From Catajapyx aquilonaris (taxonomy: Eukaryota): 41,796 nt of DNA. Positions 13,501-25,142 of the stretch are shown one piece after another. The notes beneath the pieces are model-generated. The model made no database searches. It saw only the letters and a list, made by a program, of their open reading frames with translations, and had not been told where the DNA came from. Made by a program: the position numbers and the translations under genes. The stretch is from positions 1 through 41,796 of the forward strand of contig JYFJ02003427.1 in NCBI GenBank assembly GCA_000934665.2, given 5' to 3'. Position 1 is the first letter of the stretch, and every line of letters begins with the position of its first letter.

Positions 13501-16500
13501 GTAATGTGCCCACTATAATTATTATTACAGGGAGGCGCTCTCAAGGTTTGACAACTTTTGAGTGATCTGTTCCGCAGACTCTAGAGGCAGCCATGGAGGA
13601 GAAGATCCGCGTCCAGGAGAAGTTCGACAAGGAATTCGAGAACCTCCGCAACGTGAACGCAGATCGGGAGCAGCAGATGCTGGACGACTTCGAGTGGAAG
13701 CTGCGGGAGGTCCAGCAGACCTGCAAGAAGAAGCTGGAGGAGAAGGAGAAGAGGTTGGAGGAGGTGCTGTCCAACTCCAGAGGCATTGTCGAGAAGGAGC
13801 TGGAGGACCAGCTGAATAAGATTAGCGACGAGCGCAAGACCCTCCAGGACAAGATGAAGGAGGTGAGTGTATACTTTTGGTCCTTGTGGCGACCAGCATT
13901 ACCACCACCACCACCACCATTGCTTCAAACAGGTGTCGCACCTGAAGTCGTTCCAAGCGGAGGTGAGCCAGCTTCAGGGACTGACCAATGAGCAGCAGAA
14001 GTCCTTGAAGGTGGCCTCCACCCAGATAGAGGAGTACAAAGTCATGGAGCTGAACCTTAGGGAAGAGATCGACAGGCTCAAAGGTCAGGTGCTTCAGGAG
14101 CAGTCGAACTTGACCTCAGTCCATGTGAGTGTTGCCAAAGCTAACGGAAACATTGAAAATGCAGATTATTGATATTAATCCGGTGTCTCTTGGCAGGCGA
14201 GTCACAAGAAGGCGCTGGAGGATGCCGAGATCAGGCACAAGGTCCTGGTCCAGGAGAAGGTAGCGGAGGTAAATGCTCACTGGGAGGAGAAGCTGAGGAT
14301 GGAGCTGGAGCGTCTGCGTTGCGAGCTGCAGGAGATATTCTACACCGATCAGAACAAGGCCATGGAGAAGCTGGAGCGGCGACTCCAGACGGAGGCAGAA
14401 CTGGCCGGGAATCGCATCCAGGAACTGGGTCTGGAGCTCAGGGACCAGGCCAGAAGGGCCGATGAAAGCATGAGGAGAGCGGAGGATTCCCACAATAAGG
14501 AGATGGAGAAGATGAGGACCAACGCCGACAGGGACATCTGGGAGCTGAGGAGGAGCATGGACAAGCTGGACAACATGTACCAGGAGCAGCTGTCCAAGTT
14601 ACACGAGGATCACAACCAGGATGTCGGTATGGCAAAAATAATAAATCCCCTGTCAGGCGCTCTCCTAACGTTGCCTTTTAAAATACATGCAGAAAAGCTG
14701 AACGAAGAGCATGTCCAGAAGTTGCTGCAGGTTGAGCAAACGGCGCAGCTGCAGGTCGGAGCTCAGCGAACCACACTCGAGCTGGTCAAAGAGCAGATGG
14801 AGAAGGTGGCCGAGGAAAGGCTGAGGCAGTGCAGGGAGGACAACTTCAAGGAGTTGGGTAAGTCGCGTCGTTGTATATAACTTAATGAACACATGATTGA
14901 ACTTTGCTTTGGTCGACAGAACTCTTGAGGTTGGAGATGGAGGACAGGAAGGACGCCGTGGTCTCTGAGATGCGCGAGTATTACGACGCGCAGTTGAGGA
15001 GTCTCCAGGATCAGGTCGAGGAGACGTCGAACAACTGCAACAAGAAGGAAATGAACGTAAGTCTCCCAGCCGGATGCTGCCATTTTAGACCAGCGAGAGG
15101 TGACCTGGAGCTGCTCTTTTACGAGTCTGATTGATGAATGTGTGGCAGGGCCATGGTTGACCATGGGAGAACGATTTGTGGGGAGGCCTGTGCGTAAACT
15201 TTCAGGTCCAAATGGATTCCTCCAGTAATAATAGATGTCGTGGAATGCCTGGAATGTGCGAGTGCCGATCCCACATCCCGCTTCCAAAACGAACTGGTGG
15301 CGATGGCCCTGCATGAAAACCCCTTTTCATTGCTAGTGGGTGATTTATGGATAAGACTGGTTCCCTTTCATGACCTCATATACCCTGAGTGTAACCCCCG
15401 TTCATTTTGACAGGAAAAAAAATACAATAAAATTTGCTTTTCACATGAAAATATGATTTACATCGCTTGCTTCGACACCCTCCCCTCTCAAACATCCTTG
15501 AAGTCCGTTTAAGATTAGGATCGGAATTATTTTCAGCATCCGAAAAGAACATTAACACCATCATCACCACCACTCATACGCTCAATAAAAATAGACCTAA
15601 AACAAGTCCCCCATTTAATTTTTCAACCCCCCTCCCCTCACTTCCTCCCATTAAGTTCTGGCCAATTGGCTCAACACTCACTGAGCAATGAAACGCAGTT
15701 ATTGCCATCGAAATGCGAGTGAATGAGGTTCAGAATGGCTATTTCTGTTAAATGTGCGCTCACAAAAAAAAATATGCAGGAAACCGGCGCTGATAGGTTG
15801 GCGCATCGACAAAATTTTATATTTAGGCTGGAGATTTTTTTTTTTGGTGTACCTACGTGTGTGTGGGAGAGACAATAAATTTAACGTGTCAGGGTTGAAT
15901 TTAAAAGAACATAAAAACCAATACCTCTCCCTGGTGCATTGCCAGTGTATATGACACGTGCGGGAGCAACAACACAACATTTTAACACAATTATTTTCCC
16001 TGGTCCTTTCGATAGCTGGTGAAGAGATTACACGAGACGGAGAGAGCTCTGCACAAGAAAGAGGAGAACGTGGCTCAGCTGCAGAACCACGTGGCAGTAT
16101 GCGAGGCCACCGTGGATAACCTGAACCATGAGGTGGCCAAGTCCGCGGAGGATGTCCAACGCATCGAGAGGGAGGCGACTAGTAAGATCAGGTAGGAACA
16201 CCAACTTCCTTCCTATAGAATTTTTGTAAAAAAAAATCACTGCCCTTTTTGAATTCCGCGGACGAAGTCTTGGTGTGACCCCCTGAAATGAGAAGTTCCT
16301 CACTGAAGAAGAAGAGCTATTTTCTTCCCGAGAAAATGGTCTCGCCTAATGCCTCACTATACCCGAGTTCCACCTTTCCTTGTTGTGTTGTTGCCAAAAG
16401 AAATTCTCGTCAGAGTCGTCAAGGTTTCGCCCGTCAATCTCCGGGGCAGAAATGTGCTTTTTATTGTGCGAAATATTCAGGTTGGATCAGATGCGTTGTC

Positions 16501-17824
16501 GTTTTAATAAAATAATGATCTCCTCATGGGGAAAAAACGTCATCAGGCTTCAAAAATCTTTCCATGCGTGACACACTCAAGCTCATTCTTATTAATCAAG
16601 TAATTAATTTTATTAGCATTAGTTGATGGCGTTTGTATCTTCAAATCTGTGTGAAATAATAGGCTCTGGTCCATCTTGATTATTATGTATGACAACCTTT
16701 TCGTGTTGCTTTTATTTGTTGCTTGTCGAAGTAATTCCCTTTATTTGCACCCTTCGGTGGCCTTATAATAATTGATCGTTATTTTTCTTTCTACCCATGT
16801 CCCGCGAGCCATGTCGCATCTCGTAATAGTTCCAGTCACGTTCCTCTGTCCCTAATCCTAATCCTGTCCGCTCCTCTGTCCTGGTTCCTACTAGACTCAA
16901 TCCTCCTGCCCGTGGTGGCCCTGGCCGTGTCCGTGGCCGTCATGCTAGACTGATTACAATGACAATATCACGAGTCATAATTTATTGTGTGCCCGAGATT
17001 TACTTTCAAACTATGTCTTCTTTCGCTTTTTTTACTTTTATATTGATGCCTGTGATTGTTACACGCTGATTTTTTTTTGTTTAATTTTGTAATGTAACGG
17101 TTATTTTCGCCAACTCGCTGGCCTATAGCGTTGCTACAGGCTCGAGATGAGTTGTCGATCACTCCATATTATATCCTGGTAATAATTATATGGTCCATCA
17201 CTTGAAAGATCCTGATTCCCCTGAACCTTGACACCCACATCCCTTACCTTAGGGGGTGTGACCTACACTGGAAAGATCGAATCCAATCGCTACAATCAAA
17301 CTTTCAGAAGGAAATGGAGAAGAAAGAAGAAGAAATGAGGACGCTGCTGGCGCAAAGCCAGAAAGCTCGAGATGGTGATGTTTATTATCTTAACCGACTG
17401 TGAGTACCGAATCTATAAGCTTATTATTTTCTCATTGCCGCAAGAGAATTATTCCTAATGTGCACGTGTTCCCCTCTTTTTTTTTAGACTGAAAGAAGCT
17501 CAGGATCGGTTCGAGAAGAGAGAGTCTCGCCCGGAAGACCTGAAGCGAATTCTCAGTCTGGTGGTCTCCTTGGAGGAGATGAACGAGAATTTGCTGCAGG
17601 CCCAGGCCGAGTGTAAAACGTACAGACTTGAGTTATTCAACCGCGAAGTGATGTACAGTCAGTTCTTCGGGGCCAGTAACGCCACTGTTGGGCTGGTGAA
17701 CCCTTTGGCCCAGCAGACACACCCGGCCAATAAGAAGGAACCCCTTCTCAAGGACCTGACTCAGACATTTATAATGCCTAACTTGATCAAGCGACCACCT
17801 AATTCGCCTATGAAAAAACTATAA
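1508..17824 (+). CDS. FAM184A: FAM184-family (FAM184A/B-like) long coiled-coil protein, ~1067 aa, 15 coding exons
   Basis: GT-AG exons with consistent phase: 1508-1690, 2089-2220, 3256-3368, 4954-5391, 12708-12859, 13043-13177, 13319-13500, 13578-13862, 13933-14124, 14197-14626, 14693-14857, 14920-15056, 16016-16191, 17253-17399, 17488-17824 (3204 nt including stop). N-terminal DLMFKMCKKISQLTK|VIYNLHMKND resembles the FAM184 motif LKMSKKIAQLTKVIYALNTKND. C-terminal RESRPEDL...YRLELFNRE...TVGLVNPLA resembles FAM184A RESKPED...YQLELVNRE...TVGVINPLA (recalled, not searched). The middle is E/K/Q/L-rich. The A versus B assignment is not resolvable. Confidence 0.88.
4032..4264. mobile_element. Small hAT-like MITE (233 bp) in FAM184 intron 3
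   Basis: Left end CAGGGATCGAAATT (4032-4045). The right end reverse-complements to CAGGAGTCGAATCT (4251-4264; 10/14 match). CTACAT flanks both sides directly (4026-4031, 4265-4270). Internal repeated TGCACTCCA units, including the palindrome TGGAGTGCA-TTT-TGCACTCCA (4107-4127). Confidence 0.55.
9523..9611 (+). CDS. Candidate alternative first (or cassette) coding exon of the FAM184 gene
   Basis: ATG at 9523 opens MEDLIKQIALVQDNGRSLDCCSLRNFFNY(W). It ends at a strong TG|GTGAGT donor (9611/9612) in phase 2, the phase required by the acceptor at 12708. Codon usage is exon-like. No transcript evidence. Confidence 0.5.
13901..13918. repeat. (ACC)6 microsatellite in the 70-nt FAM184 intron 8
   Basis: ACCACCACCACCACCACC read directly. 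It explains the poly-Pro and poly-His runs in the ORF track. Confidence 0.85.
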
Positions 17825-17915
17825 ACTAATAACTTCTTTTACCGCGTTTTACATACATATTGTGATATTAGTCTTGGCAGAGCCGTGTTTTTTAATTATT
17901 ACCTACGAGTAATGA

Positions 17916-17921
17916 AATAAA
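17916..17921 (+). terminator. Candidate polyadenylation signal of the FAM184 gene
   Basis: AATAAA ~90 nt after the TAA stop at 17824, followed by T/GT-rich sequence. Confidence 0.55.
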
Positions 17922-18723
17922 TTATATCTGCTGGCCTTCTCACTCTGTGTTTACAAATGGGCTTACCGGCATGCACAATAATTATTACACAATGAGCATC
18001 TCTAAGAAGGAAGTGAGTTTTCTGCCATTATTGCGTGACTGCAAACTTATTTACAGGACTGAAGTCTACCAAGGGCAAAGTAATAAAGTGGCATCGTCAC
18101 TTCGTCAGTAATATGAGTAAACTGGACATACCTTTGACTTGAAGTAAATGTCGGTGAATTATTAAATACCACGTGGGACATTCTGCGCATGCATGATTTT
18201 TTAAATGTACATCTCTCTTGGAACCTCTCACAATATCCTATTTGGAACTGTGCCAATAGCAATAACAAATAACATTTTAATTGCTGCAGGAATGCGCAGC
18301 AGATGCTTAGGTTTCTAATCACGTAAACATCTTTATTTTATTCGACCGAGCATTAATGTGTGATAGACTGTGCAGGATTACGACTATCACTGGTTGTGTA
18401 CAAAATAGCCTTGCAGGTGACATGCATGCCAAATATAATAATCGGAATCAACTGTCAGTCATTTCACCTGACCTTGCCGCTTCTTTTCGTTATGTAACTT
18501 TGGCAAGGGAAACTGGGAACCTTGTTTATCGATGGATTGTACCTTGCAGAAATATCTGGTGACTTATAAATCTACCAACTGCTAAATATGAATTGCTCCA
18601 AGTAATATACGGTGCTCATAACCTTATTGTCACGGGAATGAAATTGGAAAGTGATTACTTTAGCTCCTGCAGAGAATGTTCATTCCTGTATTCGAAAAAA
18701 GAATGCAAATTGTAGAAGTAATT

Positions 18724-18729
18724 TTTATT
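18724..18729 (-). terminator. Candidate polyadenylation signal of the aldo-keto reductase gene
   Basis: TTTATT on + (AATAAA on -) ~70 nt downstream of the stop at 18797. Confidence 0.5.
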
Positions 18730-18796
18730 CGTCCAAAATAATTCCTTCAAACTGTTGCTTATTGTCATCTTAGTTTCACTTTTTAAAAGTCAATCC

Positions 18797-20349
18797 TCAA
18801 TATTCAATCCCAAAAGGATAATGTGGGTGATTCTTGAACCTAGAATTTTAAAAAAATATGCATTTAATATAGGTTGGAGAAATGAAATCATTACTTAATG
18901 TCTATATGTCATGATCACTAACTTGTCTACTTTGGAGAAAGTAATTAACATTTATACGATAATAATTATCATGACCCAATTGTGATGAAATATCATGTGT
19001 AACTTGTTTATAACATGTAATTAAATACGAGCATGGAAAAATCATTCACGCAATGAAAGTTAACTCTCATTTTAAGCTAACTTCCTGAAAATTAGATATA
19101 AGTGTTTTCTCACACGGCTAACATGATATGCATAGAGGAAGCAAATGCTAGAAAATACGTACCAAGGAAGAGAGAAGATGCGCTCGTTAATATCGATTGA
19201 GTTGATAACATTAATATCTTCCTGTGATATTTCGAAGTCAAAAATGTCAAAATTCTCTTGCAGTCTTTTTCTGTTGTTGGACTTTGGGATTACAATAACA
19301 TCTCGTTGTGTCTAGAAGCCAAATAGCATTAAAACCCCGTAAAGGGCATCACTTGACCTTCATTATCTGGACATTCAGTACCTGCCAACGGAGGGCAATT
19401 TGAGCCGGAGATCTTCCGTACTTTTGGGCAACCTGCTTAAGCCTGTCGTTTGCCAGCACCTCCTTCTTGGTCTTGTCCGGCATTATGTCCTTTCCGAAGG
19501 CACCCAATGGACTGTATGCAGTTATGAATATGCCATTCTTTCTGCAAAACTCGATCAGCTTGGCCTGGTTGAAGTAAGGGTGACACTCGACCTGGTTGAC
19601 CACTGGTTTAATCCGACACTTGTCCATCACCCTCTGGAGCTGCTGGCTGTTGAAGTTGGACACCCCGATGGATTTGGTGAGGCCTAACTCGACACACTCC
19701 TCCATTTGCGTCCAGGTGTCCACGTAGTCCACGTCTGAATAGGGAGGTGGCTTGCCGTCAGGACCGGGCATAAACAATATTTTGTCGTTTTCCTACGTGA
19801 AACATTTGCATGTCATCAGTGCTACAAAGTGGAAATGCAAAGTTATTCTTTACCTTTAAAGCAATGGGCCAGTGGATAAGGTACAGGTCCACATAGTCCA
19901 TGCCAAGGTTTTTAATGCTTTTCTTCAAACTGGGAACCACCAAATCCTTTCGCATGGAGTTACACCACAGCTGCAACAATACATTATTTTGTAGAGTCAA
20001 AAGGACGTCACAGTTATGATCAGTACCTTGGTGGTGATGAAGACATCCTCACGTTTGATGACACCTTCAACAATTTTGGCCTTAATGGCTTTCCCCAATG
20101 GAACTTCAGACCCGTACAGATATGCCGTGTCAAAGTGCCGGTATCCAATGTCGATGGCGTCCTTGACCGCCTGCTCTATATCGGTCACATTCACATCCAT
20201 ACTTGCCTATAATCAGTATTAAATATACCTACTTTACATTTTGAATATGCTACGGAGAAGCTTCCTCTCACCTGAGCACTTCCCATGCCCAATACCGGCA
20301 TTTGCAAGCCATTGTTTAGCTTGAACATTGGAACCTGTTTAGACGACAT
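18797..20349 (-). CDS. Aldo-keto reductase (AKR1/aldose reductase-like), ~325 aa, 6 coding exons
   Basis: Minus-strand exons 20349-20272, 20206-20027, 19970-19854, 19792-19382, 19311-19163, 18839-18797, all GT-AG. Translation: [23 protein letters not shown]...[14 protein letters not shown]...[11 protein letters not shown]...[10 protein letters not shown]...KSIGVSNFN...NQVECHPY...AYSPLG...AQIALRWQ...VIPKS...[10 protein letters not shown]. The D/Y/K/H catalytic tetrad and the NADPH-binding IPKS motif are intact. Confidence 0.95.
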
Positions 20350-20485
20350 GTTGCAAGATCACCTGACAAAAACGGTAATTACAGTATTAGGCTTGCATGT
20401 TACGTAACGGTAACGTCATGATGTAATTCAGTACTACCTGTGTATTTGCCGGTTTAAGCCCGCGAGTAGACCAGCTGTGACAGAG

Positions 20486-20516
20486 AGTGAACAAAGTGAT
20501 AATTCAAGTTTTTATA
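20486..20516 (-). promoter_or_regulatory. Candidate TATA box and Inr core promoter of the AKR gene
   Basis: TATAAAAA on - at 20516-20509, and Inr-like TCACT with its A at 20488 (28 nt downstream). A GT-AG 5'UTR intron (about 20437-20363) joins this leader to the ATG exon. Confidence 0.55.
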
Positions 20517-22381
20517 CTGGCAGCAATTGAGATAAGTAATTGTGAACTTCAGAGTAATGACTAAAATGAGTGTGATAATACCTGTTATGCAACTGATGAC
20601 TGTAGAGCGCTGATATTCTCTCGTCTCTCTTCAAGCATGCCCTGGCGGTGAATAATATCGACCTATGCCAACCTCGTGCCGGTTCATTTTGCAGCGTTGT
20701 AAATACATGAGTTTGTAAGTCGATCAGGAAGTCGGTTCATTATATATAATACTGTGGTTTAGCCCGTATGATAGTATGTTCACGGTAACAATACTTTTGA
20801 CATTTGGCAATATGACGGGAAGTCTAGAGAGAAAATGAGAACTCCTGATAAGAAGAAACACTAAGTTGATAATGGCTATTTAACACATTATCTTATCCTC
20901 GGTGCCGATAAGACACGGAACGTTAGCTCACATAATGTCACCCCTCCGAAAATGTCTCTATAAGAGGTTGGAGGTTATTAAACTTTGCTCCTTTGGTAAT
21001 GCGTGGAAGTATTGCCGTGTATTCTTGCACATTTTTTTGCCTGGGAAAAAAGAGACACTTTTTCTCGCAATCATGCATAATTGCCAAGAAAACTAATGGA
21101 ATGAACCAATTTGTCAAAGTCACTTTGAAAACTGCTAATTCGATTTCATCAGCAGGCAATTATGCTAATGGAGAATAGAAAAGCAACGTTTTTACGACAT
21201 GCATCGCTCTCAGCTCTTTTTTGCCTTTGTCAATACCAACCCACTTTAATTTTAAGACTAAAGGTGGCATACTATTAAAATAAGCATAAGAACAATCTTT
21301 CATGTAAAGCCTAGTTGTGTCAATAGTATTTTACTAAAGGGACAGGCACTATATGGAAAGGCAAGTTATTATTTCCTAACCATAATTTCTTTCGTGGATT
21401 CCGTTACTATTAAGTATTAATACTACGATTGTAATATCGCGACATTTTATAGTATTTTACAAGGTAATAACTTTTATCCCAATAATTGTGCTGCAGGTGG
21501 CGAGTTCTAGTATGAGGTATTAACTGAGTTATTATACTTGGTATATGTACAGATTATAAACGGCAATATTTTATCTTATGCACATTACTGCAGGTGTGTA
21601 ATGTAATCCAACTACCAATCCTTGCCATCGTCACATTTCTGGCGATAGGATTTCAGATAAAGTCAACATATTTCAATCCATTGCACTGTAAGAAGAGTAT
21701 AGGATGGAAAACAACTCTTGGCTCTCTCTTTTTTTGCCACCTAGACTCCTAGAGTTAAGTAATAATCCTGTATGAGGCCTGCAACTGCAGATAAGCAAGG
21801 TTCTTACTATAGTATAGGCTTGGCTGAACCCCCGTGCGATGTCGGTAGCGAACGGGGAATGCCAATAACCTAAGAGACTTGTGCTGCCTCCAGTCTCAAC
21901 CTACTGTAGATATAGCGTGTTTCAAACTGTCTCAAATACTCCAAATCACGATCCAGATACGAAATACCTGGTCACATTATGAATCTCCATAAGTTCAGGT
22001 AATGTCCACCGGCGATATATGGCTCATCCTGCACTACAGACGACCCATGTGTGCGGGACGTTTGGGGAGTAGCATAGTGCGCAGGATGATCCATATCACT
22101 AACGTGTATGGCGATTTAAAACGTCACAAGCGATTACGTCCATACAATAAAACCAACATCGCAAAAATCAACTGTGGCAATCTTAGCTTAGCGTCATTGG
22201 CAAGAAGCTTAAATCCGAGAAGAAGTGGGCACCTTTGGCACCACCCTGTATCACACCTGGTGTCTGGCAAAATCAATTCGATATGACCCCTTCCTTGCCC
22301 TTTGGTTGGGGCTTTCCTGCTCCCAGCATCCTCCTGACGCAGGATACTTCCCGGCAGTAGTTACATACCTTATCAGCTATA

Positions 22382-22943
22382 CAGGGTGTTTACGACCTAA
22401 CTTTACAAGCTTCTAGGGGTAATTGAGGGGACCAAGACAAACATTTTTGACATAGGAAACCGTGTCCGGAAACGCCATCTAGAGGGGGTTCATAGACGAG
22501 GAACGGGTGCGCTCAGACTAGTCACGCGAGAGGCGCAAGTCGAGACGACTGTTTTGTTGATAGATGGCGCGCAGTTGTTGCCAGGTTATGGCGTATCGCG
22601 TCGTTGTACGCAAACAACAACGCGATACGCCATAACCTGGCAACAACAGAACCACTGTTGACTATCCGCGCGTCTCCTAGGAGGCGGACTTTAGTTGCTA
22701 GATGGCTCTGCTGTTGCCAGGTTATGGCACATCGCATCGGTGTTTACTATCCGAGCGCCATCTGTCAACAAAACAATCCGCTCGACTAGCGCCTCTCGCG
22801 TGACGCGTCTGAGCGCACCCGTTCCTTGTCTATGAACCCCCTCTAGATGGCGTTTCCGGACACGGGTTCCTATGTCAAAAATACTTGTCTTGGTCCCCTC
22901 TATCACCCCTAGAAGTTTGTAAAGTTAGGTCGTAAACACCCTG
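22382..22943. mobile_element. Tc1/mariner-type MITE (562 bp) with ~189-bp TIRs and TA target duplication
   Basis: TA-CAGGGTGTTTACGACCTAACTTT ... AAAGTTAGGTCGTAAACACCCTG-TA. TIRs 22382-22570 and 22755-22943 align without gaps, with about 14 mismatches by manual count. No transposase ORF. Confidence 0.92.
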
Positions 22944-25142
22944 TATACACTGGGCTTGAAAATATACACATCTCCGATGGCTCAGACTGTGAAACCAACA
23001 GGGCCAGTTCAAGCCACATGGCCCTGGCTCCTTGACTTTCCAAAATAAGAATTGGACATTACTTTTAATGGCTCGATTTGCAGGGAAAAAGAGCTCCATT
23101 TACATCGTGTAATCGGAACCGACCGTTGGCAGTCACGGACGCTCGAGTTTGAATCGTGATGACGCATTTGCACCACTGGATTAGGTGTCGGGAGAAAAAA
23201 AAACTCATTTCATACAGTTATAGGCTGTATACATCTAGGGCGTGACCCTTTCCTTTCATCCGTAATTAAACGCGAGCTCTTCATTACAAAGGCTTCATTT
23301 TGATCATGGGCTGTTACAAGTTTTACATCGCTTTTTTTAGCTTTTTTTTTCAAGCGGGCGAGGCCCGGCCAGTCACGGTTTTAAAAGTGAGTAAGTTATT
23401 GATAATTTTATTATGGCACTAAAAATACAAGAGCGTGGGTGAGAGTTGGGGCATTCAGGTAACACACACCTTACACATTCCAGATCAAGGGTCATAATTT
23501 TCAGCAAAACTAAAGTTATCGACGACAATCATATCTTTTTTTTAAATAATATTTTGTCAGTTTTGTAATAATTGGCAAAATACCACAATCCGGAAGATTT
23601 ATATGCACGGTGCTCATTAGCAGGACATCGGGCAGAGAAAAGAAAGTTAACACGTTAAGTGTCAGAACGAGAGGGAATTTTTAGAGAATGTCAAATGTAG
23701 GCTAAGCCATCAATGCTTGTGATGTGAGGACCAGCATGGTCGTTAACATTGATTTGTAGTTTCATAGAATAACTGTGGTTTTAAAATGAGTAATTTTAAT
23801 GTGTACGACAACAATAGTAGCAGAAAAAGGGACACATCCTTGCACATATTTTCCTCTACATGGCCATTCTCGCTTCCCGGAGTTTGTGGTATGCGATATT
23901 ATTTATAGTAAACTCTAGTCATGATTTTTAAATATATTCCAACTGATTTAGGTCACGTTACATATTGCAACTTTCCAAGTGAAATATTTATGTAGTAGTC
24001 ACTGTCAGTAGAATGGTTAAGCATGTTAGAGAGCATGACCTAGGACAATCAGAGGAAAACATGAATGAAATTAACTAGCCATTTGCATCCCATAACTCGA
24101 AAAGTATAATATGACGTTAAAACCCTGTAAATTACTTACGGTCAATCTTCTTTTGGCTAATACGATATGATCACACGCTGGAGTCAATTCCGTACCAGTT
24201 GGTCACCTGCACTACCAATGTAGGATTTTGTTCATCTGTATAAAACCGAGAGAATAAATTATTTTAATACTGATGGCAACGTCATGTTTCTAGCGGAAAG
24301 ATGGCACAGCAAGCAAGGTATTGACAACATTTTTTAAAAAACTCACCCAAATCCAAATACGAAGGTGGGAGGAGGGGCCTCGAAATATGAGGTGCATACT
24401 TCCAGTTGATTTGCCTTATTTCTCCCGATTTACTTTGAATGTACGTACAACCAGAATTCAATAACTGATTTAGGGTCTGAAATGCAAAACAATCAGGATC
24501 ACACAGGAATGATTTTGAGATGTACGAGGACGAATCAGAAAGTAATTGAAAACTTTTTAAATTCAGAAGTTTCATTAGAGAAACTGAAACTGAGATATAT
24601 GAAAGGGCAACTCTACCTCCAATTTTAGACATAGTCACCATACAATTCGGTGCATTTGTCCCAGCGGGAACCTGGCTTGACCATCAGAGAATACGCTTCG
24701 AGGACCGTATGACGCATTTTGACTTCAAAGCGAATCATTGTTCTCTACTTTAGGTCTTCATCAATTATTGTGAATAGACGCGCTTACAGAGTGCCTGCGG
24801 ATATTGTATTCACAGGATATGAAAAGGTCAATGTCAGTGGCTACGAGGTAGCTCATTGCTGTTTCACTATGCACGATCCCAGCATGAGTCACGACCCTCA
24901 TGACCCACCGCCTGGAATTTTTTCACAGTCACGAAAATCTCATGGGTTTGTCGACATGCATTTCGTTTTTTCCCCCCTCGAGTCTTGGCATTTTCCTGCG
25001 CCTGCGTCTTGGAAGCCAACCGGCTGCCGCTTCTGCACGCAATAATTACCATGCCAGCTACCGTGTGCGTTTCTGATCGGAGCACTTCTGATCCGACCAG
25101 TACCCCGTGCGAACACATGCTCTCACGTGGTCCCGCCTCATC

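Noticed and set aside
16795..16945. Pyrimidine-skewed low-complexity tract (CCTAAT, CCTCTGTCC and GGCCGT repeats) in FAM184 intron 13
   Set aside because: No sustained ORF, splice context or regular periodicity.
24282..24641. Minus-strand ORF with KIGGRVALSYI, reminiscent of the LINE endonuclease GGGVALYI motif
   Set aside because: Other APE motifs (ETW, YRPP, GDFN, SDH) are not evident. It would need a profile search (PF14529/PF03372) to support.
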